Below are positions 1 through 13,778 of a DNA stretch of 64,000 nucleotides, piece by piece. The translations under genes and the position numbers were made by a program. The stretch spans positions 1,178,001 through 1,242,000 of the forward strand of contig BCIN01000006.1 in assembly GCA_039545335.1 (NCBI GenBank). Direction: 5' to 3'. This DNA is from Kondoa subrosea. Its lineage: Eukaryota. Position 1 is the first letter of the stretch, and every line of letters starts with the position of its first letter. Below the pieces are notes generated by a model. The model was not told the DNA's origin. It saw only the letters and a program-made list of their open reading frames with translations, and searched no databases.

Positions 1-562
1 AGCCTGGCTATATCTACGCACTAGAAATGGCTCCTATTCATCCAACGAAATATCAAACCAAAACATTATTGAAAATAGGAAGATCCGTCAGACCTGTGGC
101 AAGGCATAATCAGTGGAAACGGCAATGTCCTTCTAGAACACCTCTAGTCCGCGATTTCTATCCTTTACATCCTTCTCACCCTTTATTGCATCGTCCAAAT
201 TCACCTTACTCAATTTCTTCCCATCATCAACCTCAGAACCAATATCAAGGATCGAGACTAAGAGGAGCTTTTATGGTCAATGAACATGGCTGTCCATACC
301 ATCATCGATTAGAAAGGTTGATTTTGATCGAATGTGCCGGACGAGCTGCTATGGAATCTGCTGGCTATGAGAGAACGGCTTGCGCAGATTGCGGGAAAGT
401 GCATGTTGAGCTGTTTGAAGTCAATGTGTGAGTGTACGATTCGTTCTTGATCTTTGTTGATATACTGACATAAGTCGTTATTGTAGCGGAGCATATGAAG
501 CATGGGTCTCGGAAATGATTCTCAGGTGGATCATGTTTTGTGAGAAAGTATTGGCAGCATGA
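1..562 (+). CDS. T5orf172/MUG113-type (GIY-YIG superfamily) protein, 3' part; 5' end outside window
   Basis: Reads PGYIYALEM...LLKIGRSVRPVARHNQWKRQC...HRLERLILIE...CADCGKVHVELFEV; intron 428-486 (gtgagt..tag) restores WVSEMILRWIMFCEKVLAA*. Confidence 0.8.
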
Positions 563-591
563 AAAATACAAGTCATGTAAAGAATGGAGGT

Positions 592-1536
592 TTACAATAT
601 CGCTCGAAGTACAGTGATATCCGCTACTTCATAGTCGCCGATCAACAGATGCTTCAAAGTTACTTCTGTCAAAGTTCCATGACTATCTTCCCAGAGCGAA
701 TACACTCGAACGTTGTTGAAGGAAGATACGACTGAAGAGACCACAGCAAAGTGAGGGCTTGGAAACCGAGGCTTAGTTTTGCTATAATACTCCAGTGCGA
801 CTATATCCCCTTCTTGCACGATCTTCCGCAGCGCTCGAGGAATACGCGTCTTGTCTCCCTCTTTTCTAACAATCGGAATCCGCTCGAAAGTCGAAACGTC
901 GTTACAGACGCTTCTTAGTAGCTTCATTGTATCCAGTGGACCCGGTGTATTTGTAGCAAGGCAGTATCGTCCAGCCAAGTGAGCTCTCCGATAGTCGTTC
1001 TCGAGCACTACCAGTAGTGCTTGCAGAACGGCGCCGAAACAGTTAATTTCCGCTCGAGGAGACAAAGCCAAAGCAAGGTCAAGCGAGCCACCAGTCCGTA
1101 CGAGCTTGTTGCAATAATATCTGAGATCTGGAGAATTGTGCCGCCAGGCCCAATGGAAGCAATGTAGCTGTTGTCTGAGTAGAAGCGCCAAAGGATGTTC
1201 CTTTGTTGTGTCTTTGAAAGGAGAATCTTGAAATATAGCTTTCGCCGCCAGAGACAGCCTTGCCGCGATTGGCAGAGGTTTCAGGTCCTGAGAGTCTAGA
1301 CTTGAAGGTAATAGCACATCGTGCTGGCCAGCTTTCACAGCCTGCTTGTCCTTCAAAACGAGACTGTCTCTGCTTTCGTAGGCTGGAGGCTGATCTTGAC
1401 TGGTCCAGGAGTTGGCTCGTACGATAGAAGTAATCACTCCAGAGTCTTCAAGAAAGATCTCCTTATAAGCGAGGCTGTTCTTTTCAAATTTCTTGAAAGA
1501 CATTTGTTCGCTTCCAGCGCGAACTTCGGAACTCAT
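592..1536 (-). CDS. Intronless 314-aa hypothetical protein, possible NlpC/P60 papain-like C-terminal fold
   Basis: Long uninterrupted ORF with pyrimidine-rich leader; motif order INCFGAV...EGDIVAL...HFAVV...VYSLW. Confidence 0.55.
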   Translation of the reverse strand: MSSEVRAGSEQMSFKKFEKNSLAYKEIFLEDSGVITSIVRANSWTSQDQPPAYESRDSLVLKDKQAVKAGQHDVLLPSSLDSQDLKPLPIAARLSLAAKAIFQDSPFKDTTKEHPLALLLRQQLHCFHWAWRHNSPDLRYYCNKLVRTGGSLDLALALSPRAEINCFGAVLQALLVVLENDYRRAHLAGRYCLATNTPGPLDTMKLLRSVCNDVSTFERIPIVRKEGDKTRIPRALRKIVQEGDIVALEYYSKTKPRFPSPHFAVVSSVVSSFNNVRVYSLWEDSHGTLTEVTLKHLLIGDYEVADITVLRAIL

Positions 1537-1695
1537 AGCTTTAGAAATGAGGGAATTGAGAAAGAGAAAAAGAGAAGAAGGGAACAGATATAGTAGGAAA
1601 AATTGGGAGAGAAAAAACAGCTAGCTGAAAAGCGATGAAAGGGCTAGATCGAAGATGACTTCTGATGGCTAACAACATCAATAATACTTCAATAG

Positions 1696-4572
1696 CTACC
1701 TACAAACGTTGCGTTGTGCCATTCTAGCCATGACTTGCTGTCGTAACGCATCTTCAGTTGCTTGATCCACCTGATCATCCTCTTCTCCGTCATAATACAG
1801 ATCAACATCTTCTGCCTCTTCCTTCTCCTCTTCTAGTCTAGCTATTAGTGCTGCTCTCTTTTCTGGACTGAACGAAACGCCAACAGGCGGCGAAGAAGGG
1901 CTGTTTTGTAACTTCTCGATAGCCAGACGCTTCCGAATTCTAGCGGCTATATCTGGATTCTGGCTGGCAACAACGACTGGTGGTACTGGAACAGAGGCAG
2001 CTCTTTCTTTTGCCAAACGTTCTTTCAGCGACATAGGTGTTCTCACTGAATCTGTCGTGTCTTGATCGATGATCGGAACTGAAGCTGCCTTTTCCCTGCT
2101 TAGCTTGAACCGCAAAGCAGACCGTCTTGCATCTTCTTTATTCGACAATAGTCCTTGAGCTGAAGGGCTTGCTTTCAGCACCGCTTCTGGTACATTAAGA
2201 GCTTCCACCGATAGCGGTTGAATGTCAGGTTCTGGTTGAACAGCTTGAACTTTCTTAGCTAGGCCAGCAATCTGAATACCTCGACTTCTAGGTGCGCCTC
2301 CTTTCAAATGCGCATTCAAAGTATCGAGCGGTGTCAAACGAATGCGAGGCTGCTTGCGGGCTGGGACTCTTTTCGCTTGTGGTATTTCAGGTACTCTCAT
2401 ACTTTCATTTGACTCAGGCGTGCTGTTGGCACAAGAGTCTTGAGCAAGTGGCGGATGTTGCTCTTCCTCCAGCTCCGACTCATAACCTCCCAGCGAGATG
2501 ACCTGAATCGAGGATGAACTCCAAACATTGAAGGTAAGATGTGCGCAAACTTACCGGATCGTCATCATTGTCATCTCCTGCTCTATCTTGCTCGACTTCC
2601 GGCTGTTCTGTTTCAGCAGATTGTTGGGATGGCAAGATATCATCTACTTCATGCATGTTGCTGGCTGAGGAAGGTGAAGATATGCGAGCTGCCAGGTTTG
2701 CTACCTTTTCGGTATTAGGTGTAGAGGAATAGTGCAGATCAATAGGTTGGCGCGGAGGAGAATTGCGACGAGCTGAAGAAGAATACCCTCTATCCTGTCG
2801 AGGTGGCGAGTATCGATGTGAGCGTCCATACTCGCGATCTCGGTCTTGATAGTTTCGATATCTACGAGTTGGAGGATCTATCGAGCGGTTATTAGGTCTT
2901 CTATCATCTCTTCTGTCATTAAAGCGTCCGTTCGGTGATGGAGGGCGCTGAGGAGGTAGAGGTCGCCTGTATTGATCATAGCCTTGATCTCGTCGTCGGT
3001 CTTGGTCGTGACCTTGATCCCGCTGTCTATCTTTTCCATTGTTATACGAACGATTTCCTTCCCGCGACCTGCTTCTAGGTCTCGGAGGTGGATTATAATG
3101 TGAAGTTGAAGCTGCAGGAATTGCAGGCGAAGGAGGTCTGGGAGGTAACGATGCTTGAACATTTATTGGAGCTGTTTCGGCTACAGGTGAAGAAGGGCCA
3201 GCGATGATATCTTCTTCGCAAGGTGGTCTATCGTAGGCAGCGACTCGATCGTAGTTTCGCGGATCGCTGTCTGCTCAGTCTGTTTTGAGCATTTGTCGGC
3301 TGTTAGACGAGTTCTACTTACAAGGCGATCTTGCAAAGCAGTACAGTTCACTTGACTGAGTTAGCCTTGAGATTATATAAGAGGACCTGAATGCTCACTC
3401 TGTACAACCAAGATCAGTATATTGTGCTATGGCGGATGAAAACAATACTTACGTGCAAAGTGTTCTGCATGTTCGCCTAAGAATTCTTGCAATAAACGTA
3501 CAGCGCCGTCGCTTCGTAATTCGAGCTGAGACATGACCGAAATTACGTAGGTACATAGAAACTCTGTGTCTGCTTCAGGAAAGACCAATAATTCTCTGCG
3601 GACAAAGCGAATGACACGAGTCTTGAATTCATGATTAGCAGCGAATTGAGCGACAGTGTATGGTCGATAGCGCGAGTAGCTGAACAACTGGGATCAGAAA
3701 CATTCGATACGGCGACAAGGAGTCAAACCTATTACTACCAATATGCTTGGCAAAGAGCTTCTTGCTATAGATGAATTTACGTTTCTGAAGAGCCAACTCG
3801 GCGTCATCTACTTCGTTCACTTCAGTGCGCGCTCGTTTACTACTCGATGCAGCCCAAGTATCCGGAAAACGCAATCGTGGCTGTATATAGTCAACAATGC
3901 TTAGTATCAGAGCTTCCGCCTTACAGAAGCTGATTTACATGCGTATGCCTTTGATTCAGCTGAGCTCGAATTGCTTCCGCTGATGATCTTCGAGGCCGCG
4001 ATTGAGCAGGAACCGAAGCTTCCACAAGAGGTAGTAAGTAATGTTTCTGATAGTCAGTGTCAGACCTGACGTGTGTAGCCAAAAGCTCGACCTAGAAGTC
4101 CTAATCGTCAACGTTGTTCAAGCGAAAGAAGAGCAATGTAGCCGTACATTGGAGTTGCAGAGAGGACAGCGTCTTGATAGAGAGCACCAGCTTGAGATAC
4201 AGTTGAAGCAGAACTCTGTACATCTCACTGTTAATATTGGTACATCTCAAATACTTAACCTGACTTACGATTGTGTTCGCAAGGCCTATGTCAGCTGCAT
4301 CAGCATGTCTACACACAAAGAAGAGCTGTCTGTCGCTGGACTGACAATACGCAGGCCTTATTCTCTATTTCACCTAGACAGATACTGCAAGCGTAGGGGC
4401 TGCTCAACGACTTAGCGCAAGGGCGGACGCCGCGAGAAGCCGAGGTAGCTTACTCTAGCTCCTCTTCTTCATCGCTGCTCTCGTCCAGCTTGTTCTTGCC
4501 TTTGCCAACTGGAATACCTGGTTGAGTGCTAGCAGATGATTTGCGTCGCTTGGCCGGAGGGTCTGGAGCCAT
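1696..4572 (-). CDS. C3HC4 RING-finger E3 ligase (Topors-like), multi-exon
   Basis: Spliced RING CSIC-LGEIENKACVLP-CEH-NQF-CFNC-ISSW-CSLSRR-CPLC; central RVIRFVRRELLVF...FLGEHAEHFA block; R/D/S-rich tail; ends in ORF 1696-2400. Confidence 0.75.
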
Positions 4573-4817
4573 GAGCCAAGCCCGTCGAAGTATTGCGCAA
4601 GGAGTTAGGCTAATGTCGAGGTGCCAGTACAGGTTGCGGATCAACACACAAAATGATCTCAGGCGGCCACAGGGGGTCGGAAGGCGGACAAAGATTAGAT
4701 GCTAGTGTACATTTTCTGTATGCAAGGTAAAGATGCTAAAGGAATACTAATGGCCCAAGAATACGAATGCGGTTTGTATTTTGTTGCGCGAAAACCCAAA
4801 TGATGATAAGATTACAT

Positions 4818-7800
4818 TCAACGCGTAGACAGTCGATGCGCTGATCCGGTAGATTGCGGCAGAGATGATGCTGTATAGCGCGTTCGAGCTACAGGTGCGG
4901 TAAATGCTGGATTGCTATAAACGAAGGCAGTCGCAGTTGAGGGAGTAGAGGTAGCTGCTGACTTGCGAGGCGTAGAGATTGATGTCACAGCAGAGGAGGT
5001 CCGCTGACGTGGTTGCCGAGTGCTGCTGATTGAAGGAGCAGGCGATGTGAGGTTTCGACTTGCCATCAATTGGCGGCAGAATGGCTGCGAAAGCATTCAG
5101 CTTTCGACGCAGGAGAATAAAGAGTATGCTTACATGACGTAAAGCAGCTTGAGCCTTGAGTCGTCGATCAGGATCAAAGGTCAAGCATTTTGAGATGAAG
5201 TCGATAAATTGTTCATCGTCAGATTTGATGACTTGTGCGAGCGTTTTGCTTCCAGGCTTTCGTCTTCGACCTTTCGAATTGACCACGGGGCGAGGCGCTC
5301 CTGTGCTGTCTGCAACGGACGACGTTAAGCGACATTTGTGATAACTTGATCGACACGTACCGAAGAACAGCTTTCTCCGCGAACTTCGATCGATGAGATA
5401 CTTTTCCGGCATGCCAAGAACTTCAATTATGCAAGCAAGCTGCTCTTGTTCGTTCTAAGATTCGAATCAGCCAATAGCAACTCCTTGAAACCGAGAGAGA
5501 CTCACTTCGCCAGGAAACAAAGGCATGCCAGTATACATTTCGGCCATAATACAGCCGAGAGACCACATATCGATGGCCATGTGATAGTTCATGCCTAGGA
5601 TCACTTCTGGCGAGCCTGACGATGCAACAACGATTAGCGACTGACGAATCCGTCAAAATGACGATACTAACGGTAGAAGCGACTCTGGATGTATGTATAC
5701 ACTGCAGACAGTGCTAGTTGAGCAAACGACTATAGTAATCGGAGAAAAGTCACCTTTCTCGTTTTCGAAACATGAGCTGCCAAAATCAATGACCTGAATT
5801 GCACTCTTGCATGGATGTTTGAGCAAGATGTTCTGCGGGGCATCTGAGCGCAGGTCAAAGTCCCAAGCTGCGCGAACTTACCTCGGGCTTCAGATCGCAA
5901 TGCACAACTCGGTGGTGTCTGAGAAGAGTCAAAGATTGTAAGATTTGGACCGTGAAGCGCCGGATCAAAGTGGTAGTAAAGCCGGCAAAGCTATTTGCCT
6001 TGATCAGCTCGTAGAGATTGATGCTGAGTAATTCGGTGACGATGCAGAGATGATTCCGAAAGGTGAAGTTTTCAGTCATCTTGACAACGCAATGTTTTTC
6101 TTCCGGATCCCATTTGCGAAGGTTTTCAAGTACTTTGATTTCGATTAGAGCTTGATGATGGAATCTCTTCTTGTTTCGGATGATTTTTATAGCGACAGAT
6201 TCACCTGTGCAGTGGTCCCGACATTGAACAACTTGTCCGAAGGAGCCTTTTCCAAGCAGACCAGTGACTTCATAGCGGAAAGTGATATGGTCGTGTTTGA
6301 TGATGTTGTAATCACCTCGATCATCGTCGTAGCCATGGTTGTTGGTCGAATTAGACATTGTTGCCATGTTCTTGTCCGAATCTTGGCCAAGATAATAGAC
6401 ACGATCGTAGTCCAGTATCTCTTGACGTTCGTATTCGCTCAAATCAGTACGATATAGATTGAGAGCATCTGGTACCGCAGGTCAGCTGTATGCAATGCCT
6501 AGTATGCTGGAACTGACCTTTAGCAGGCATGCCCGAGATTGGCGGAATGGGATCGGGAAACTCAAACATTTTCTTGATATCGCGCGAAGATGTTCCAGCA
6601 GCTAATTGCTTCGATTGTTGCCTTCGGACGTAGGCTGCCATTTCTTGATCTGCCTTGACTTCTTCTTCGTCTACTGGCGTATGTACACGAGAGGACGATG
6701 CTGATCGATCAGAGCTTGGTGTCCCGGCCAAGGAACTCAATGATGGGGAAGTAGTGGACTTGCTCATTCGTGATGTAGAAGTGACACCAGGTACAACTAA
6801 TTTCGCTGCTAGAGTTCGACTGCTCTTGGAAGCGGTCAGGACTTCAGACTGCCTGCGAGACGCAGCTACAGGTGCAGGCACGTCTACTTTCGAAACAGAT
6901 CGACGAGCTGAAGATGAAATGCGATCTGTCAGAGTTTGCCTTGTTGTCGTACTTGTTCTCGGAGTGCGCAAGGAGAGTATATCAGGCGCTTGAGCGCCGA
7001 TTAGTGACAGCCTTTTCGTGCTTCGCGGCAAAGCAGACTTGCTTGAACTAGCTGGACTCGAAAGATCTTCCGGGCGTGAAACTGGTTTGCGATCGTCTGG
7101 TTCCAAAGAAGTGATTGTGCTTTGGCTTCTAGGTATACTGGAGACAGAAGCTGAGGAGCCTGTTCTCCTGGCGACTGGAGGTCTTTTCGAAGCAGCCAAT
7201 AGTTCGTCCAAGATAGGTTTGTTTTCTGACCTAGCCAAAGCAGCTAGGACCGAGCTCTGTGATGGCGCAGAAGTGGAAAGTGTTGACGGTGTTCTGCGAG
7301 TCAGATCTCGTTGCGTAGAGACAGATCCAGATGGTGAGCTTTGCCTCACTTGCACGCCAAACTCAGAAACCTGAGGTTGCGGACTGGAACTTGCGCCAGG
7401 CTGTCGACGAGGAATTCTGGTTGGGGTAGCTGAAGATGAAACTTCTTGATGAGAAGAGAGATTATGTACTGAGGGAGATCCAGCGATAGTCGGCAGTCCC
7501 GCTTTGGTTTCGTGAAAGCGAGATGATCGGCTAGCAGCCATCATGGGTCGCGCTGGCTTGTCTGAACTGTCGAGAATTGCTCTTGACGGTCTTGATTGAC
7601 CAGACATGCTATCTATCCTCTTTGACGTTGACTGAGGCAAAGCTGACATTTGTATTGGTGGTAAGCTGACAGGTTCAGCCTTAGGCGGTTCGGAGGATGA
7701 TGGTAGAGTCTGTCATTCGCCTTCGTATCAGCATTGTATATCGCAATAAACCGAAAGCACTGACCTGACCGCGCTTTCTACTCGAGGACATAGCAGAAAC

Positions 7801-10662
7801 TTTTGAGGAGATACTTTCCCTTTTCGCATGACCCGGTTTGAAAGCTTGCACAGGAGCATGTTCGCCAATTTGAGGACTCGATAGAACCATAGACTTTCGT
7901 GCGCTGTTCCGACCCAAGAAATTCAATCCAAGGATTGACTTTCGACCCGTTCTATCCTTGTCTTTGGAATCGATTGATGAACGTTCTGAAGTTTCTTGCG
8001 TTCCATCCGATGCGACACTCTTTGCGGAATTATTGGACCCTCTGCGATTGAAGAAAGGTATTCCTGAAGAGGGAGTACGACGAGGACTGAGCAGGTTGTT
8101 ATTCCTGCTTTGGTGTGGACTAATACTGCCAGCAGCCGACATTCGAGGTCCATTAGAGGAGTTCGAGGCAATGCTAGGTGGTCTTGAGGATCTTTTGCCA
8201 TTCGCCAATGTAGCAATATCATTAGTTGAAACAGCTTTACGACTGTTGACCAAAGCACCTTCTGGCTGAAGGGATCGTTTAGAATCAGCTACGCTTGAAG
8301 GTCCAAGTAAATCATTGAAAGATGAAGAATGCTTGACGCTGGCAGGAACTGTCGGCTTGTTCATTCCCAGTGCTCCAGAAATGCTCCATTTCTTCGTCGG
8401 CGTTCTTTGCGGGTTCAAAGAAGGACTTAAAGAGGTGGTCACAGTCGGTGATATTTGAGCAGGAGACTTGGAACTAGGTTCTTTATCTTGATTCTGACGA
8501 GGGAAAACGATCTGGGTTTGCTGAGTTGCGAAATAGGAAGACGAGGCATCCTTAGTTGCGGAGGCTGGACTAGGCTGGATACCAGTGGATGGTCGATAGC
8601 TTTCCCAGTCTTTTGGCAGCGGCGGAACAGGCGGAACAGGTTGGCCATCGTTCACCATGGTGGCATCACCTGATAGTCTTCTCGAGGCGACCTCACTTCC
8701 AATCGAGCTAACATCACTGCTTGCACTTCCTCTTCGTGCTTTGTTTGTTGAAGAACCTCGTCCAGTGCCTGTGGCCGGTGAGGAAGTAGACATGGAAGTC
8801 ATGGAAGTCGAGTCTCTAGACCCGAGATTTAATGAGAAGTTCGTAGACATAGCCGAAGAGGTTGATCCACGCTGGGATAGACTTGCAGATGCAGGCAGAC
8901 TTTCCGCAGCTGAAATAGGTCTACCTTGGGAAGCTCTTCTACTTGCATGTTTTGGACTAGAAGCGGAAAGTGGTGATGCCAAAGGTGACCCGGAAGAGTA
9001 TGCTCCTAATGTGAGTGGCTTGAGTTGTAGCGGAGGCAATTCGTCTGCTTCGTCTTTTGGCGGCAAAGTGCTTGTCCTGCTTCTTGTCCTTTTCGTGCCA
9101 CTTTCATCTTTCGCCGGTGTCCCTGCTCTACTCCCACTCTTCTTCGCATCTGAATTGCTACGTTGGAGCGAAGCAGCACGACCAGAATTGCTCCTTTTCA
9201 ACTTGGGCGATTGACCTAATCCATCTAATTTGCGCAAAGCCTCTGCTGTTCCCTCATCTTCATTACTTTGAACAGCTTTCAAGATAGAATGCGCAATGTA
9301 TGAAGGAGAGGCATGATGATGAGCTGAATTTGGCCTTGATTTTAACGAAACAGATGCAGACTGTCTTCTCGACCCGCTTGAGGAATGAGGCGATCGACCT
9401 TTTGATGAAGAGGGTTCCATCTGTGGTGCAGAAGGCACTCCGACGTCTATCTCTTTGGATATTGGTGTATCTGTTTCTTTCGCTCTTGTGATCAAAGTAG
9501 GTTCGGCCGGAGTCGACTTTCTGTTCTTGGCAATAGTAGGAAAAGTGCTTGTAGTTCGAATGGAAGAGAATGTATCTGTTGAAGTAGCTGAAGGAGGTTC
9601 AGTATAAGGGCTCAATGGCTCTACATTCGACAGAAGAGGTGTAGTTGATTGTGACGTCGAAGCAAAAGGTACATCAAAACCCAGACCTATGTTGGGTAAG
9701 GTAGGAAGCTTTTGTTGTTCTGTTTGTGTTCGTTGTTGCGTTATAGCCATAGCAAGACGAGGTGAGACCTGCTCTTCCTGATCTTGCGGTGCATCGTCAA
9801 AAGCTTCCTCCTCTTGAGTTAGCAGATGATCAATTGCAGACATGGCACTCGAAGAAGTAGAGTAAGGTGAAGAGGTGCTGGAAGAGATTCCATGCTGCCT
9901 TCTTCGAGGTGACTGAAGTGTTGGCGAAACATAAGGCAATGGCGGCTGCAGCATCAATCATCAACTTCCGTGTTCCCAGTGACAGGGCGGTCAACTCACC
10001 TGATGACGCCCTTCTGACTCTGGCGAGAAAGCCCAGCGAGAGGCAGCAGCAGTCCAACGCGGCGTTGCTAGTTCACCCAAACCAATCAATTTTGATCTAT
10101 CTACTTGCACAGGTGAATGAGGTGAAGAAGCACTTCCGCTGATTGATCTTCTCGGTCCGAGAAGATCATCAGCCGATGAAGAATCGGTCAAGTAAGAAAG
10201 GTTGGATTCGGTTGACATTGAGTTTGGAAGAAAAGAACGTGTGGGTGCGACAGGGGTAGCAAAGATCCGTTGAGACTGTGTTTGATTCGCTGGAGATATA
10301 GGTATCGATGCTGAACGAGGCACGGAAGGGCTGCTAGGTTCTTGTCCATTGTATTTAGATGGAAATGATGAACCTTTTGGACTGTTCGGTGTGGAAGCTT
10401 GCAATGACAAAGCAGGAGGACCATTCTTTCTGCGACTTGTTTCCATTCTCGCATAAGGGTGACCTTCATGCGACCGTTCGGAGTAAGAAGAAAACGAGTA
10501 TTCTCCAGTAGAAGCTGTTGGTGCTTTGAATGTCGCTTGCCCGTCTCTGATATCAGGGGATGAATCCAGAGTAGAATCGCCAGATTGATTCATCGCAAGC
10601 GTCGAGCGTTGCCTAAAGCGTTCGTAAATGCTCGCCGAAGAGGGAGCTTCGAATCCAGACAT
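4818..10662 (-). CDS. DYRK-family dual-specificity protein kinase with long Ser-rich N-terminus
   Basis: DH box [65 protein letters not shown]; ORFs 9991-10662, 7681-9957 and 6444-7649 joined by GT-AG introns; true start could lie further upstream. Confidence 0.92.
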
Positions 10663-11025
10663 AGCATTCGTTGAGATGGTGCCAAGACAGCTTTGGATGA
10701 TAGATTAAGGTCGTAAGAGCTGTATTGGGGAGCCGCAGGGCTTGAATCCAACCACTCAATCAGGTAAAGAACAAAACAGGGTCCAAACGAATTGTCCTCT
10801 GGCAAGCGGTGAAGCTGGTTCTGCAGCAGAGGGTCTTGAGCTGGAACAAGCTGCGTTTATGCCCGTCAATTCGAACTTTCGTAGCTCGTACAAGAACGCA
10901 TAGCCATGCGTTTTCGTCGGTAGAAGGTGAGAGATGGGAAATTATATTGAACTGAATTACAATGTCTGATGCTATGCCTATTTACATGGATGCTGAACGA
11001 ATACTAGGACAAGGTACAAAGAGAT

Positions 11026-12156
11026 CTAGCGTCTTCTGGGAGGTGCCATGAAGATCGAATTCTTGTCGCGTGCTGGAGGCGACGATTGAATGATACGCTT
11101 GGCTGGCGGAGGTCGTGCTTTTGTATCATCAGCCGATAGTGTTCGCTTACGAGGTGATACAGAAGATGGAGCAGACTTGACTGGGATATTGACGATCGGG
11201 TTGGGTTTAGCTGGGACCATCCGAACGCGAACGATGCTTGCGACGCGTGTCGGTTCACTCATTGCAGCAGGCAGAGACGGAAGAGGTTGCTTAGACGTAG
11301 ATGCTTGGCTACTACTGGCCTGCAAAGCTATGGTTGAGCGAGCGGGTTCACTTGCGGCAGTCGCTTCAATTCGATATTTGCTAGCTACAGGTGTGCCGAA
11401 TCGTTGAGTATACTGAGCAGTCGAAGCTCTTGCTTTCTGTAGCAGCGTCTTTGGTTGACCTGAAGATGAACCCCTGTCAGCCAATGCCACCTCATTAGTG
11501 AATACGAGCTCGCCTGAGGGACGTTTCTTCATCACAGGAGGCGCATCTATGACCTCCAGCTTTCGGCCAGCTTTCTCTTCCTCTATACTGGAGTATTGTT
11601 TTCGCAATCTGTTCGAAAGATTTGCCAGACGCTCCTCTTCTAGAATAAGCTGTCTATGGTAGTACGTCCTCCAGGTCTCATTCTCTTGCTTATCTGAGGC
11701 TTTGATTGCCCTTGAATTGTCTTTGGATAGCTTGACTAGCATGGGAAAGCGTTGACCAACATGTAGGAGCCACAGCGCTGTAGCTCGATTAGTTGGTGTA
11801 GAGATATCATATAAGAGCACTCACAATCATCTTCGACTGCTATGTGCTGTGTATAGAGAGCTTGTGTCAGCCAAAATCGAGGTTTGCAGCTTGCCGACTA
11901 ACAGGACTGTTGGCTTCTATGGCCAGCAATTGCTCGACACTGAGCTTACGTAGCAAGGGAGCTACCATATCGTATGGAACAGAGCCCAAATCATTGATGC
12001 CTGTCTTCCAAATCTCAGTACGAAGTCAGCGAACTTGAATTGGAGAAATCACGATGAATATGGTGTTTGAGCACTGCAGTACCAGTCAGCATGGTTCTAC
12101 ACTCATACTGCGTCTGACCAACCTCTCAAACAAGCTGCCCGCAAGCCTTCTACCAT
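11026..12156 (-). CDS. ELA1: Elongin A-like protein
   Basis: Spliced MVEGLRAACLRVLKHHI..INDLGSVPYDMVAPLLRKLSVEQLLAIEANSP, then W...TWRTYYHR...EEERL. Confidence 0.8.
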
Positions 12157-12318
12157 TGTCGAAGTTGCTCTCCAAGCGACGGTTTCCCCGGACCGTCGAG
12201 GCGGACTTGCCTGTGCGCTCCTCACCTGCAGCACAGCGTTCTCTTCACTCTTTCCTCGTGACTTGCCTCTGCCTTTATCTTTTGTTTCCTACTCTTGCTC
12301 TCTCTTTCGCACATTGAC

Positions 12319-13742
12319 ATGCGATCTTTCGGTCCTGGCTGTTATACTCCAGTTCCTACGCCCTTCAAACAGGACCAAGAAGTAGACTATGCTGCTCTGC
12401 AGAAGCTAGTCGTACGCCTGGCGAAATGCGGCCAAGGCATAGTAGTGTCAGTTTCGCGACTCGTCTTTCCGTGGGGAATGCTGACGGTTTGTCATAGGAT
12501 GGGTACTACGGGAGAGTGAGTACTCTGACACTGCTCTGCGTCGGCGACTGAGTATTGCTGCAGAGCATCACACCTTACGGACGAGGAGCGGTCAAACGTG
12601 ATTTCTAAGGCGAGACAAGCTTTGGACAGCAATGGTCTTGGGGATCGGCCCCTAATGGCTGGTACAGGAACAGTACGCTTCACTCTACTTCCTTCTTGCA
12701 ATCAGTCTGATATTTGCTGCAGGGCTCAGCATATCATACTATCAAGTTGTGTAAAGAAGCCAAAGAAGCTGGAGCAGACGCATGCATCGTCATCTCACCT
12801 TCATACTTTGGTCAAGCTCTGGCCAAAGATCGAGAAGCGTTGAAAGCGCACTATATGGAAATCTTGGATAAATCGCCTTTACCTATCTTCGGTAGGTTGT
12901 TGCTTTTCCGACTTGAATGTATAGTGGATGATCGAGTTCTAAAAGGCTACAATTATCCCCAAATTACTGGTGGTATCGATATCGACTCTATTCTCATGAA
13001 TGAGCTTGCAGAACATAAGAATATGATTGGCTTCAAGGTAAACTTTGCTATTTCTATTCGTCCTTCCACTCTGACTATCCGCAGCTCACTTGCCAAAGCA
13101 TGTCCAAGGGCTTGCGAGTAGCGGCACACACGAGCAGTCCAGAATATTTAGCAAGACACGGCCCTTTCCTACTTTTACCCGTGAGCTGTCTCTAATTCCA
13201 ACTACATGCAGAAGTAACTAAAGCAATGTCAGGGCATGGCTGATTATCTTCTACCTGCTATGATCGGCAAAGCTCAAGGTTGCATAGCCGGAACAGGTTA
13301 GCTTTTGCCAGAGCTCACCCAAAGTAAGCTGATTCCAAGGCGTAAAACAGGAAATCTCCTCCCAAAGACTATTGTTAAGCTTTACGAACTATGTAAAGCC
13401 GGTTTGGCTGGAGATGCGGCGAAATTACAAGAAGCAGTCAAGTTGCAAGAACTAGGTCGGTTGATAGACAATGCCCTAACACTGCGCTGATCTCTTTCAA
13501 ACAGTTAGCGAAGCCGATTATCGACTAGCTCAAATCTCTATTCCAGGCATCAAAGCAATCCTCAACAAGCAGCACAACGGAGAAGGCGGTCATTGTCGGC
13601 TTCCATTGCGAGATTTCAATGAGGAAGCGCTTGGTAAGGTCTGGCTATTCAATCTACACTCTTCTGATTCCGAATCACAACAGAAAAGATACTGAGTGAC
13701 GTATATGTCAAGGAAGCTTTCGAATATGAGAATTCATTGTAA
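12319..13742 (+). CDS. DHDPS/class I aldolase-family protein
   Basis: GCYTPVPTPF, MGTTGE, MAGTG, AGADACIVISPSYF, YNYPQITGGIDI, IGFK; multiple short introns. Confidence 0.85.
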
Positions 13743-13778
13743 ACGCAGAGTAATCCGTTTTGCGATCTGAAATGTCAT

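Noticed and set aside
6655..9491. Many plus-strand ORFs of 60-185 aa
   Set aside because: Antisense shadows of the Ser-rich DYRK exons; no motifs
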